Origin: Candidatus Nanoarchaeia archaeon
Lineage (GTDB): Archaea; Nanobdellota; Nanobdellia; Woesearchaeales; GW2011-AR9
Direction: 5' to 3'
NCBI GenBank assembly: GCA_035290865.1
Contig: DATDTM010000027.1
Span: 1 to 60,238, forward strand
Length of the DNA: 60,238 nt
Within the stretch, counting starts at the first letter, position 1. Each line of letters begins with the position of its first letter. The notes beneath the pieces were generated by a model. It made no database searches and was not told the DNA's origin. It saw only the letters and a list, made by a program, of their open reading frames with translations. The position numbers were made by a program, and so were the translations under genes. This document shows, in pieces, positions 48,911-57,931 of the stretch.

Positions 48911-49219
48911 ATGAAAATACCTAAAACAATCAAAAGATTTTGCAAGACCTGTAAAAAGCATACCGAACATAAAGTTTCCCAGAATAAGAAGAAGAATGCC
49001 AGCTCTTTTAAGAGGGGTTCTAAAGTTAGAGCGAGGTTAAGAGGTAGAGCCAGAGGAGTAGGAAACTTAGGTCGGTATTCTAAGCCAGCAGTAACTAAAT
49101 TTAAACGTACTGGGGCTAAACAGACCAAAAAAACAGATTTACGTTATACCTGTGCAGTCTGCAAAAAGGCCAGCTGTCAAAAATCAGGCATCCGCTCGAA
49201 AAAGGTGGAATTGATTTAG
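48911..49219 (+). CDS. rpl44e: 50S ribosomal protein L44e
   Basis: MKIPKTIKRFCKTCKKHTEH...KKTDLRYTCAVCKK. Confidence 0.95.
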   Translation: MKIPKTIKRFCKTCKKHTEHKVSQNKKKNASSFKRGSKVRARLRGRARGVGNLGRYSKPAVTKFKRTGAKQTKKTDLRYTCAVCKKASCQKSGIRSKKVELI

Positions 49220-49260
49220 GACTGAGATGGATATAGATTAAATATGATTATGTGATTAAA

Positions 49261-49434
49261 ATGAATACAAAAAGCAAATTTATCAAGGTAAGATGCGCGA
49301 AATGTAAGAATGAACAGATACTTTTCGGCAATTGCAGTTCAGAAGTTAAATGTCTGGTTTGCAATAAGGAGATGGCTTATCCTACCGGTGGAAAGGCCAG
49401 GATTGCAGGCAGAGTTCTAGAGATTTTAGAGTAA
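49261..49434 (+). CDS. rps27e: 30S ribosomal protein S27e
   Basis: SKFIKVRCAKCKNEQILF...VKCLVC...PTGGKARI. Confidence 0.95.
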   Translation: MNTKSKFIKVRCAKCKNEQILFGNCSSEVKCLVCNKEMAYPTGGKARIAGRVLEILE

Positions 49435-49465
49435 AGACGGGTAGATCTGTACAGTTTAAAACTAG

Positions 49466-50467
49466 ATGAAAAGTATGGTGAACCAAATTTATATCCCAAC
49501 AGTACCTTTTTCTGAATCCCAGAATCAGATTGCCATTGAACTTCAGGCAGAATTGATTGCAAGGGGTTATTCTCCTGGTTTGATGTTAGTGATTCTGGGT
49601 GGAATGAAAGGATTAGACCAAAAAGAAAAAGATTATGCTGGTCTAAAGAAGTTTCAAAGTATAATTAAAGATTGGCCTTTGGTGACCATGCTTAGCTGTA
49701 CTCCAATGAAAGAATTAGATCTTCTCCATGAGACTAATTTTGGAATAGCTCACATTAAAGAAGGCATTGATTATGCAGCTGATTTGCTTTTTGGTAGAGA
49801 AAAACTTGTAACTTTTCATCTGGGATCATTAGTTAGGAAAGATGAATTTAGAAGCAGAACTAAAGAGAACTGGGAAAATCAGTTTCATAGAATAATTAGA
49901 CCTAGTTTAAAAGAAATCGCTAAATATGGCCAAGAACAAGGGGTTGCGATTAAAGTTGAAACAACGCCGGTGCCGGAATTTGGTGATATCTCTGATGCAG
50001 ATGAAAGAATATATCGGGGAGTTAAATTTAACCAGTTACGAAATCCTTTTTACTTGACTAACCATTGGGGATTCGAACAAATAAGAGATACAGGGCTAGG
50101 ACTTTGTTTAGATCTTTGTCATAACCGGACAATTTATGAAACAGCAAAAAGTGGTGAATATGGAGGAATCATTTTCCCAGAAGATAGTGAAGTATTTGCT
50201 GGATCTACTCTTTTTGATGATGTTACTGCTCTTAGTCCTTCAGATCTGGTTCATCTTAATGATGGAAGAGGGATCTATTCTGATAGTAAAAAAACTGTTT
50301 TTGAAGAAGGAGTACCCTTAGGAGAAGGGGATATAGACAGCTTAGGCCAGATGATAGATTCTCTTGATCAAAGAGATATTGCTTATGTCTTAGAGATTAA
50401 TGAAACTGATTTTGTGAAGAGACCAAATACCCAAAAGTCAATCGATTACTTGTTAAAAAGGGAATAA
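49466..50467 (+). CDS. Sugar-phosphate isomerase/epimerase-like TIM-barrel protein inserted in the r-protein operon
   Basis: TFHLG, KVETTP, LCLDLCH, VHLNDG, VPLGEGDI, VLEI. Confidence 0.75.
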   Translation: MKSMVNQIYIPTVPFSESQNQIAIELQAELIARGYSPGLMLVILGGMKGLDQKEKDYAGLKKFQSIIKDWPLVTMLSCTPMKELDLLHETNFGIAHIKEGIDYAADLLFGREKLVTFHLGSLVRKDEFRSRTKENWENQFHRIIRPSLKEIAKYGQEQGVAIKVETTPVPEFGDISDADERIYRGVKFNQLRNPFYLTNHWGFEQIRDTGLGLCLDLCHNRTIYETAKSGEYGGIIFPEDSEVFAGSTLFDDVTALSPSDLVHLNDGRGIYSDSKKTVFEEGVPLGEGDIDSLGQMIDSLDQRDIAYVLEINETDFVKRPNTQKSIDYLLKRE

Positions 50468-50542
50468 AGGGTTTGGCCCATCACTGAATACACTCCTTTT
50501 TTATAGTAAAGATTTATAAATAAATTTCTTTCTAATGGTTTT

Positions 50543-51322
50543 ATGTTCTATAAACGCCAAGGCCTGCCGGAAGAGGACGAGATTGTCTTATGTCAAGTTA
50601 CCAAACTCTTTCCGAATTCAGTTTTCGTAGACTTATTAGAATTCAATGATTCAGGCATGGTGCATATCTCAGAAATAGCTCCGGGAAGGATCAGGAACTT
50701 AAGGGATTATGTCAGTATAGGCAGGCAGATTGTCTGCAAAGTTTTGAGGATAGACCGAGAAAGAGGGCATATTGACCTATCTTTAAGAAGAGTCAATTCT
50801 CACCAGCGCCAGGAAAAGTTGGATGAAATCAAGCAAGAATTAAAAGCGGAAAGTTTAGTGAAAAGCGTGGCTAAAAAAATCAAGATCAAGCCTGAAGAGC
50901 TTTATGCGACTTTGAAGAAATCTGTGTTCAAAGAATATTCTCATCTATACTTATGTTTTAAAGATGCGGCTAATGCTGAAACCGATTTAATTAAATTAGG
51001 GGTGGAAAGTAATATCGCGGAGGAGATGACTCTAGCGATTAAAGATAAATTTAAACCCCCTAAATTCTTTATTGAGGGAGAGGTTACTTTAAGAACTTAT
51101 GATCCAAATGGGTTGGATAAGATCAAATCAGTTTTAATGAAGATAGAGAAAATTTCTCCGAAATTAAGCTTATTTTATCTGGGAGCAGGAAGGTATAAGT
51201 TAAGAATCGAAGATTTAGAATATAAATCTGCAGAGGCAAATTTAACTAAAGTAGAAGAAGTCTTAGCTACTTTTAATGATAAGCTCTCGGTAGCAGAGCT
51301 GAAACGAGAGAAGAAAGAATAG
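50543..51322 (+). CDS. eif2a: Translation initiation factor aIF2 alpha subunit
   Basis: LPEEDEIV S1 domain, HISEIAPGRIRN, GHIDLSLRRV, YLGAGRY. Confidence 0.95.
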   Translation: MFYKRQGLPEEDEIVLCQVTKLFPNSVFVDLLEFNDSGMVHISEIAPGRIRNLRDYVSIGRQIVCKVLRIDRERGHIDLSLRRVNSHQRQEKLDEIKQELKAESLVKSVAKKIKIKPEELYATLKKSVFKEYSHLYLCFKDAANAETDLIKLGVESNIAEEMTLAIKDKFKPPKFFIEGEVTLRTYDPNGLDKIKSVLMKIEKISPKLSLFYLGAGRYKLRIEDLEYKSAEANLTKVEEVLATFNDKLSVAELKREKKE

Positions 51323-51356
51323 AGTTGGAGAAAAAAAGAAAAGGTGCGGTAAAAAG

Positions 51357-51533
51357 ATGGCTTTAAATATCCGTAAATGTATTTCCTGCGAGAGATACAC
51401 GCTTAAAGAGGAGTGCGCTTGCGGAGGAAAAACCATCCTGCCCAGGCCCCCGAAATTCTCTTTGGAAGATAAATATGCAGATCTGAAGCGGAAGGTTAAA
51501 AAAGAAGAGTTAATTGAGAAAGGGTTATATTAA
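51357..51533 (+). CDS. nop10: Nop10 (58 aa, missed by the ORF track)
   Basis: IRKCISCERYTLKEECACGGKT...PPKFSLEDKY; canonical position after aIF2alpha. Confidence 0.92.
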   Translation: MALNIRKCISCERYTLKEECACGGKTILPRPPKFSLEDKYADLKRKVKKEELIEKGLY

Positions 51534-51570
51534 TCTGGGTTTATCGATAGATAAAAAGAGGTGAGCAAAA

Positions 51571-51840
51571 ATGTCTTTAAAACAATTACTGCAGAAAAAA
51601 GTGCCTAAACCTTCGCAATTAGAGCCGCATTTTAAGGCTTTGTTAGAGCATATTGAGATGAAAAGGATTGATACCGAGGAGCATCTAGTGGATTTTCTGA
51701 GAAAAGAGGTTAATGTCCTCGAAAAAGAGGTTACTCAATTGAAGAAAGCTTCTTCTACCAGCGTTAAATTGGTCAGAGATCGAGTAGTGCACTTGGAAAT
51801 GTTGAAGAAAGGATTAGGATTGGTTAAAGATTATTTGTAG
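51571..51840 (+). CDS. Hypothetical helical protein
   Basis: 89 aa, SD GAGGTGA. Confidence 0.6.
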   Translation: MSLKQLLQKKVPKPSQLEPHFKALLEHIEMKRIDTEEHLVDFLRKEVNVLEKEVTQLKKASSTSVKLVRDRVVHLEMLKKGLGLVKDYL

Positions 51841-51909
51841 GAAAATTAATCTTTTTTTAGTGGTAACAAACGCGAAAGTTTTATATACTAATAATCATTT
51901 TAAAGAGGA

Positions 51910-52575
51910 ATGAATTTAAATCTTACTCCAGATAAAATTGCTTGGGCGAAAGGACTTCTAAAATATGAAAGTTCATCAAATAAGGAGATGGTTTTTTTAA
52001 ATTCAGGAACTTCTTCTCCTTCCCGGGTAAGATTAGCTACCTTTGAGGGATTGAATAGATTTACAACTGCAAGAGCTAATGAGATTGAACAACTGGTAGC
52101 TTTATTAATCATGAGGGATTTAATTAATCCAGATAATCTTGAAGGGGCGGTTGTTGATTTTGGTACTGGATTTGGTGCAGGAGCTTATATTCTAAACCAA
52201 TATGGTGGAACTGTTACCGGGGTTGATTCTTTAGAGAGTGGGGTTCAACGTGTAATCGAAGAGGGTATTTTGCCAGCAGATAGAGCTTTAGTTAAAGATG
52301 GATTTGAATATTTAGGAAGTTTACAACCTGCAAGTATTAATTTTATCGGGGCATTTATGATGCAGAATGAATTTCCTCATAGAAAATTATACCGTGAATC
52401 TCAAAGAGTTCTTAAACCAGGCGGACAATTGTTAATTACCGGTGGAACAACTGAACTAAAAGCTGAACTTCACCGGGAAGTTGGTAGATATGGTACAGTT
52501 GAAGAAGTTGTTACTTTTGATGATACAAGTACTTATTACCAGATTGCATTTATTTACACTCAGTTGGAAAAATAA
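51910..52575 (+). CDS. Class I SAM-dependent methyltransferase
   Basis: VVDFGTGFG, TGVD, RVLKPGGQLLI. Confidence 0.75.
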   Translation: MNLNLTPDKIAWAKGLLKYESSSNKEMVFLNSGTSSPSRVRLATFEGLNRFTTARANEIEQLVALLIMRDLINPDNLEGAVVDFGTGFGAGAYILNQYGGTVTGVDSLESGVQRVIEEGILPADRALVKDGFEYLGSLQPASINFIGAFMMQNEFPHRKLYRESQRVLKPGGQLLITGGTTELKAELHREVGRYGTVEEVVTFDDTSTYYQIAFIYTQLEK

Positions 52576-52585
52576 ATTTTTCGAA

Positions 52586-53077
52586 TCAAAACACCAGCAA
52601 ACTAATCCAGAATACAATTATTCCCAATACTGTTCCAGCAGTCAAATCAATCCAGTCGTGTTTCTTTAATACAATCCGAGAATACATAATGGTTAGGGCA
52701 GTAAGAACGAAAAAAGAAGTTAAATAAAAGTTTTGGAAGTGATTCCCTAAAGCTAAAGCTAGAAAGATACATCTAGCTGCATGCACACTGGGAAAAGAGC
52801 TGGCATCAATTTTTTCTAATAAATTCTTATAAGTCCGATGATTCGGTCTAGAACGAAAGTAAATCGCTCGGGTAAGACTGATAACGGCTAGAGTTAAAAC
52901 AAAACCAAACAGTAATTGCCAAAAAAGGTTAAATTCCGCGAAAAGGAGAACAGAAAAGCTTAGTAAAGCATAAAAGACAATGCTTCCTAGAGAGGTAAGG
53001 TCGCGCCAAGGCTGGAAATCAAACTTACTTTTTTTAATCAGTTCACTTAATTTTAGGTTGGGTTGGTTCGGTTTCAT
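52586..53077 (-). CDS. PAP2-family phosphatase
   Basis: RSRP, SFPSVHAAR, SRIVLKKHDWID. Confidence 0.88.
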   Translation of the reverse strand: MKPNQPNLKLSELIKKSKFDFQPWRDLTSLGSIVFYALLSFSVLLFAEFNLFWQLLFGFVLTLAVISLTRAIYFRSRPNHRTYKNLLEKIDASSFPSVHAARCIFLALALGNHFQNFYLTSFFVLTALTIMYSRIVLKKHDWIDLTAGTVLGIIVFWISLLVF

Positions 53078-53125
53078 CTTGATGATTTAAAGGGGGAATG
53101 ATAATCAGAAAAAAAGATTGAAAGT

Positions 53126-53920
53126 TTAGTTCAATCCTAGATTCATGGTCTCTCCATTAACGCTGACACTTTTGACATCGCCCTCTAGCTCTAGTTCCAT
53201 CTCGGCGTTTTTATCTACGCTTAATTGGCCGATGAATGAGCTTAAGCTGACTTCTTCATCAGAAAGGGTATATTGTAATTTGTCTGCGACCTCAAACTTA
53301 CCGCTTCCCTGAGGCAATAAAATCTCTTTTAGGTCTAGATCGTTAATGTTCATGAATTCATAATTCAAATCGCTGAAAGAAAGGTCAATCTCTCCGGCGG
53401 AAGATAGAGCAATATTATTAACTTCTAATCTTTTAGCTCTACCGGTTAAAGAAATTCCGTTTTCGTCAAAGGTGAGTTCGCCTAGGAAACCTTTGATTCT
53501 CAGGCTTACTTCCTGAAGATTGTTTAATTCTAACTTATCGTTATTTACTTTAATGATCGTATCTAGATTAGTAAATCTTAATTCCATCTGGTCAATTTTA
53601 GCTTCTTTCTTTACGGAAGGGATCTCATTGAAACTCATGGTAATCCCAATTTTTTGGAAGTTTTTACGATTGGTGTTGGTTGAGCTCCATTCTCCTGCGG
53701 CAAGCTCATCATCGGTTTGGAGATCTTTATTGAGACTGGTTTTAAGAGATTCTACGGTACTACTAAGATTTTCATCTCCGCCCATGAAAGCGCTGGTCAA
53801 TCCGAAGCCTTCCCCGTCCTTGTTCATGAAAAGAAACAAGAATATAATCCCCACCACCATAGTAATCATCACAATATAAAATCGTAAATGGTTCTGACCA
53901 GAATGTTCGTTGCCCATCAT
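53126..53920 (-). CDS. Membrane-anchored beta-rich exported protein
   Basis: Single N-terminal TM followed by a beta-strand-rich domain. Confidence 0.65.
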   Translation of the reverse strand: MMGNEHSGQNHLRFYIVMITMVVGIIFLFLFMNKDGEGFGLTSAFMGGDENLSSTVESLKTSLNKDLQTDDELAAGEWSSTNTNRKNFQKIGITMSFNEIPSVKKEAKIDQMELRFTNLDTIIKVNNDKLELNNLQEVSLRIKGFLGELTFDENGISLTGRAKRLEVNNIALSSAGEIDLSFSDLNYEFMNINDLDLKEILLPQGSGKFEVADKLQYTLSDEEVSLSSFIGQLSVDKNAEMELELEGDVKSVSVNGETMNLGLN

Positions 53921-54029
53921 TAATTATTCACCTCAATCTTTTTTATTATTTGATCTTAATCAATTTAAGATTAATCATTTAATCGATTTGTTTATAATGC
54001 GAGAGTATTTAATAAACTTTTTGGTAGCG

Positions 54030-54170
54030 GAAGATGATTGTTCTGGTTAAATCAAATAAGCAGAAATCTCCAAGATTCATCTTAGGAGATGAATGCTGAT
54101 GAGTGAACGGGGAGATTTCGTTATATTTGATTTTAGAAAATCCGTTTCAGGATTTTCTTTAAGTTTGTTT
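54030..54170 (+). ncRNA. Candidate structured intergenic RNA
   Basis: Stems GAAATCTCC/GGAGATTTC (54063-71/54111-19), ATTCATCT/AGATGAAT (54075-82/54087-94) and AGAAAATCC/GGATTTTCT followed by a T-rich run; contains ATGATTG and CTGATGA. Confidence 0.25.
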
Positions 54171-54183
54171 TTAGCTTAAAACC

Positions 54184-54696
54184 TTAGGTTTTCTGGTCCC
54201 TTTGCGGCGGATTTTTAGTATTTTCAATCAAATCTTCCAATAAGCCAACCACTTGATCAGGATGGTCAATATCTTTGATCTGGAAACTATTGCTCCCGGT
54301 AGATACGGAAATAGTACCGTAATTAAGCATTCTTTGCAGGTAATTTTGTTTAACGTTAATATCGGGGACATAGCCCAGCGGATGGTAATAAACATTCTGT
54401 TTCCTCTGTTTGATCAAGCCTTCACTGATGACCATCTTCTCAGGCATGAAGGTGTATTTTAAGACCATGCGGGAATATTCTGCAGAAATCAAGGAGAAGA
54501 CAGCCAGCCCTAAAAGAAAATAGATCAATAGTTGGTTGGAAAAATAGCCAGTAAAATAATTTATGCCCAGCAAGATAAGTAAGAAAAAACCGCAAGAATA
54601 TTCTGGGAAAAAAGCCTTCCGAGAGCGTTTTAAGATGTAAAGTAGATGTTCAAAATTCTTTTCCAATTCCGGGGCTCTTTTTTCTTTTTCAGCCAT
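54184..54696 (-). CDS. bPH_2 (PH-domain) membrane protein
   Basis: 2 TM followed by ISEGLIKQR...NVKQNYLQRMLNYGTISV. Confidence 0.8.
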   Translation of the reverse strand: MAEKEKRAPELEKNFEHLLYILKRSRKAFFPEYSCGFFLLILLGINYFTGYFSNQLLIYFLLGLAVFSLISAEYSRMVLKYTFMPEKMVISEGLIKQRKQNVYYHPLGYVPDINVKQNYLQRMLNYGTISVSTGSNSFQIKDIDHPDQVVGLLEDLIENTKNPPQRDQKT

Positions 54697-54758
54697 TTTG
54701 AGTTGTATTTGAATATAATCTAAAAAGCTTTATATATTTTGTTGTGCTCCTTTAATAG

Positions 54759-55562
54759 ATGCCAGAATTGCCGGAAGTAGAGACGATCGTAAGACAATTG
54801 CAGCGAACAGTAGTAGGAAGAACTATTGAGAGAGTAGAAGTTCTGGATAAAATGGTGGATTCTCGCTTAAAGAGGATCACTCCAATTAAAATACGGGGAG
54901 TGGAGAGAAGGGCGAAATATATTATTATCCGTCTGGGGAAACAGAAATCTATCTTGGTTCATCTGGCCATGACCGGACATTTTCGATTTTTTCCCAAAGG
55001 AAAGAAAATTGGTCCGGAGGAAAGAAAATTTGTAGTGGCTAAATTTTATTTGGATGATGGTTCGTTGTTAACTCATAACTCTATCCGTAAGTTCGGGATG
55101 GTAAAATTGATAAATCAAAAACAGTTGGAGCAAAAGCTGGGAAAATTAGGCCCGGAGCCGTTATCTCCGGAATTAACTTTGGATGTTTTTAAAAAAGTAT
55201 TAAGTAAGAAGAAAAAAGCCAATCTTAAGGTTACTTTACTGGATCAGAATTTTATTGCCGGTATGGGTAATATCTATGCCCAGGAAATACTTTACCATGC
55301 TCGGATTGATCCTCGAAGGAAGATAGAAAATTTATCTGAGATGGAGGTCAAAAAACTATATCTTCAGATGAAGAAAGTGCTGCAGTCAGCAGTAGTTCAT
55401 CAGGGGACTACGATAGATAATTATTCGCATATGACTGGGATTGGGGGATATCAAAAATTCCTGACCGTATATCAACTAGATAAGTGTCCTAAACATCATG
55501 CTTTAAAGAGAATAAATCAGGGGGGAAGGGGGACGTTTTATTGTCCGGTCTGCCAGAAATAA
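54759..55562 (+). CDS. mutM: Formamidopyrimidine-DNA glycosylase
   Basis: MPELPEVE, RRAKY, HLAMTG, LGPEPL, GMGNIYAQE, zinc finger CPKH...CPVC. Confidence 0.93.
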   Translation: MPELPEVETIVRQLQRTVVGRTIERVEVLDKMVDSRLKRITPIKIRGVERRAKYIIIRLGKQKSILVHLAMTGHFRFFPKGKKIGPEERKFVVAKFYLDDGSLLTHNSIRKFGMVKLINQKQLEQKLGKLGPEPLSPELTLDVFKKVLSKKKKANLKVTLLDQNFIAGMGNIYAQEILYHARIDPRRKIENLSEMEVKKLYLQMKKVLQSAVVHQGTTIDNYSHMTGIGGYQKFLTVYQLDKCPKHHALKRINQGGRGTFYCPVCQK

Positions 55563-55584
55563 ATATGAAAAAGGGGATGGACTA

Positions 55585-55992
55585 ATGTGGAAAAATTTAT
55601 TGAACAAGGTTAAATGGAAAATTACGGAATTAAAGCAGAAAAGAGAATTTAAGAGAAAAATTAAAACTGAAAAAATTATACAGAAGAACGAAGAGAAAGA
55701 AAAGAAAATTGAAGAGAAGAGCAAAGCAGTAGTAGTGGAGAGTAAAAAGATTACGGAAAGTGGTGCAGTGAACCAAAGTATTAATACTAGATATTCTAAT
55801 CGTTTTCTTAAGTTTTATTATCTTAACCAGAACAAATTGAATAAAGAGCGAAGAAAAAGTTATTCTTATCGAAAAGGAAAGGGAATCTGTGTAAGATGCA
55901 AGCAGAAATCTCTTCCGGGGATTATTTTTTGCGAGTTCCACCAGCAAAAACAGCAAACTTATAATTATCGCTCCCGGCATAAATCAGTATAG
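55585..55992 (+). CDS. Basic hypothetical protein with C-terminal zinc finger
   Basis: GICVRC...FCEFH (CxxC...CxxH). Confidence 0.6.
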   Translation: MWKNLLNKVKWKITELKQKREFKRKIKTEKIIQKNEEKEKKIEEKSKAVVVESKKITESGAVNQSINTRYSNRFLKFYYLNQNKLNKERRKSYSYRKGKGICVRCKQKSLPGIIFCEFHQQKQQTYNYRSRHKSV

Positions 55993-56214
55993 TAAAATTA
56001 GTCCTGTTCCCCGAATAAAGCTAAGAAATGCTCTCTGTTTCACAATATCTCCCCAAACACCGAAATATTTATATAGTTAAGCGCTTTTTGAGTATACAAA
56101 AGAGTATACTGAAGGCTTAAAGCGATTAAATATATGCCTTCATCTATAGCGACGTAAGCGGATGATAAAAGTATAGAGAATTCGTACAGTCGCTATATAT
56201 TGGTGTGGTGCGAG

Positions 56215-56835
56215 ATGTCAAAAGAAAAAAGTGAAGTGATCAGAGCGAGAAAAGCTTTAACTCAATTACATGATTCTCCAGAATTAGAAGTACGTTTATT
56301 TGAAATTCTAGAACAGATTCGAGATAAAGGAATTCAGGCTGCAGAAGAAAAAGGAGAAGAGTATCACTTGCATGGGCTTTGTGCAGTCTTAGGTTATGAT
56401 CCAGTAAAACATGAAGATTATTTTAGGATGCCGGTAGGAGCAGATCTATTTGCAGGGCGAGAGGTTTATTTGGACAGCCCAGAAGCACCCCAAGCTTTAG
56501 AAGAGGCAATGGATGAAGATGGGGCAATTTTAATTGATACCGAGGGAAGAATTCAGCATAGTGGAAGATATATCAATGTTGATGTTGCGGATGTTTATGA
56601 ACGCTCTCCTGATGCTAAAGCAACTTACGATAGATTAAAAGAGACTGCCAATGCCGGAACTAGACATTTATCTATTGTGGCTGCTTCTACAGAATTACCA
56701 GATTTACTGTTTTGTGCTTTGAAGAGTGATCATCCTCAGATCAGAATTTTTAAGGAAGGGCAGGTATTACATTCTACAGTTGCAGAGGATGAGAATTACA
56801 AAACAAAAGAAGTACCTTATCTGAAGGCAGCTTAG
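56215..56835 (+). CDS. Stand-alone diadenylate cyclase (DisA_N/DAC) domain protein
   Basis: MDEDGAILID (DGA) and AGTRHLS (RHR-like) motifs; likely start ATG 56215. Confidence 0.72.
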   Translation: MSKEKSEVIRARKALTQLHDSPELEVRLFEILEQIRDKGIQAAEEKGEEYHLHGLCAVLGYDPVKHEDYFRMPVGADLFAGREVYLDSPEAPQALEEAMDEDGAILIDTEGRIQHSGRYINVDVADVYERSPDAKATYDRLKETANAGTRHLSIVAASTELPDLLFCALKSDHPQIRIFKEGQVLHSTVAEDENYKTKEVPYLKAA

Positions 56836-57546
56836 TTATTTAGTGATTAACTTTTTTATCTTTCCGAAATTATAAATCTCTTTTTCTCCGACGGCTAAGA
56901 GCTCAAAGTTGGAGATATCAGTAAGGAAAGGGCTTAATAATTTCTCTTTAAGAATATCTGTGCCTTCTAAGAGAGGATTGAAACTAGGCATGACGATTAA
57001 TTCTTTATTTCTCCATTTCCCTTTCAAGAAACACTTGAATTTTTCTATCTTACTTTTTTCGCGAAGAGTGATGGCTGGATGTTCATGACCGATAATAATG
57101 GTTTTGATGCTTTTGGGGAAGGGCTTAATTTTGTCTCCATGGAGAATAAGAATATTTTTGAGAATTAATTCTTCGACTACTTTAATCTTCATCTTAGCGG
57201 CAATAGTCTGCAGATAGTTATCATGATTGCCTTTGATCAGAATAATTTTTTGGCAATGGTTTTGAATGAATTTTAACACCTTTAGTACATCGTTCCATTC
57301 CTGAGCGGCATTATTGCTGAAGTCGTGTTTTAAATCGCCGTTAATCACGATTATTTTAGGTTTGACTTTTTGAAAGATTAATTTTAATCTCTGAATGATT
57401 TCTTCTACCTGGAATCTGGGAAGAAGGATTCCTTTTTGATGCAGATATTCTTCATAGCCAAGATGGAAATCGCTAAGGATGAGAATCTTTTCTTTAGGAA
57501 GCCAGATTCCTAAATCAATCAGCTCTAAATCTGGGTTGATCTTCAT
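56836..57546 (-). CDS. Calcineurin-like metallophosphoesterase (COG1407-like)
   Basis: LSDFHLG, INGDLKH, KGNHD, LHGD, IGHEHP, MPSFN. Confidence 0.88.
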   Translation of the reverse strand: MKINPDLELIDLGIWLPKEKILILSDFHLGYEEYLHQKGILLPRFQVEEIIQRLKLIFQKVKPKIIVINGDLKHDFSNNAAQEWNDVLKVLKFIQNHCQKIILIKGNHDNYLQTIAAKMKIKVVEELILKNILILHGDKIKPFPKSIKTIIIGHEHPAITLREKSKIEKFKCFLKGKWRNKELIVMPSFNPLLEGTDILKEKLLSPFLTDISNFELLAVGEKEIYNFGKIKKLITK

Positions 57547-57647
57547 TTTTGGTTTGAGGTTAGAAATCTTTATAAATAATTTGGATTAAAAGAGATATTA
57601 TTGTTAGGTAAAGTTATTAAATTAAAACAATAAACAAGTATAATCAT

Positions 57648-57766
57648 GTCCCTGTAGCTTAGCCTGGTTCACGCGGCCAATCAAACTCGACTCGGTCTCG
57701 TAGTATCAAATGCGTTTGATATTCGATTTGGCGTTCGAAGTGCGCTTCGCTTTGCTCAGCAGCACA
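57648..57766 (+). repeat. tRNA-Asn 5'-fragment unit 1 (23-nt tRNA piece, hairpin insert, 27-nt constant tail)
   Basis: GTCCCTGTAGCTTAGCCTGGTTC 57648-57670, then ACGCGGCCAAT..., tail GTGCGCTTCGCTTTGCTCAGCAGCACA 57740-57766. Confidence 0.85.
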
Positions 57767-57810
57767 GTTAACTTAATAAATCACATAAGTCAAAAATATC
57801 AAATTTAATT

Positions 57811-57888
57811 GCCCCTGTAGCTTAGCCTGGTTCACGCGACCAATTACGCTTGGTGAACGTGGTGCGCCTCGCTTTGCTCAGCAGCACA
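57811..57888 (+). repeat. tRNA-Asn 5'-fragment unit 2
   Basis: GCCCCTGTAGCTTAGCCTGGTTC 57811-57833, then ACGCGACCAAT..., tail GTGCGCCTCGCTTTGCTCAGCAGCACA 57862-57888. Confidence 0.85.
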
Positions 57889-57931
57889 ATTAAAAAGATA
57901 AAAAAGCGTCTAGAAAATAATAACATAAAAT

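Noticed and set aside
54028-54110. Fluoride riboswitch (GATG...GCTGATGA)
   Set aside because: P1 and the pseudoknot pairing are missing, and no crcB-type gene lies downstream on that strand
54060-54120. Hammerhead ribozyme (GAAA ... CTGATGA)
   Set aside because: Stem I is not contiguous with CTGATGA, and no stem II pairing (G10.1-C11.1) can be formed in any permutation
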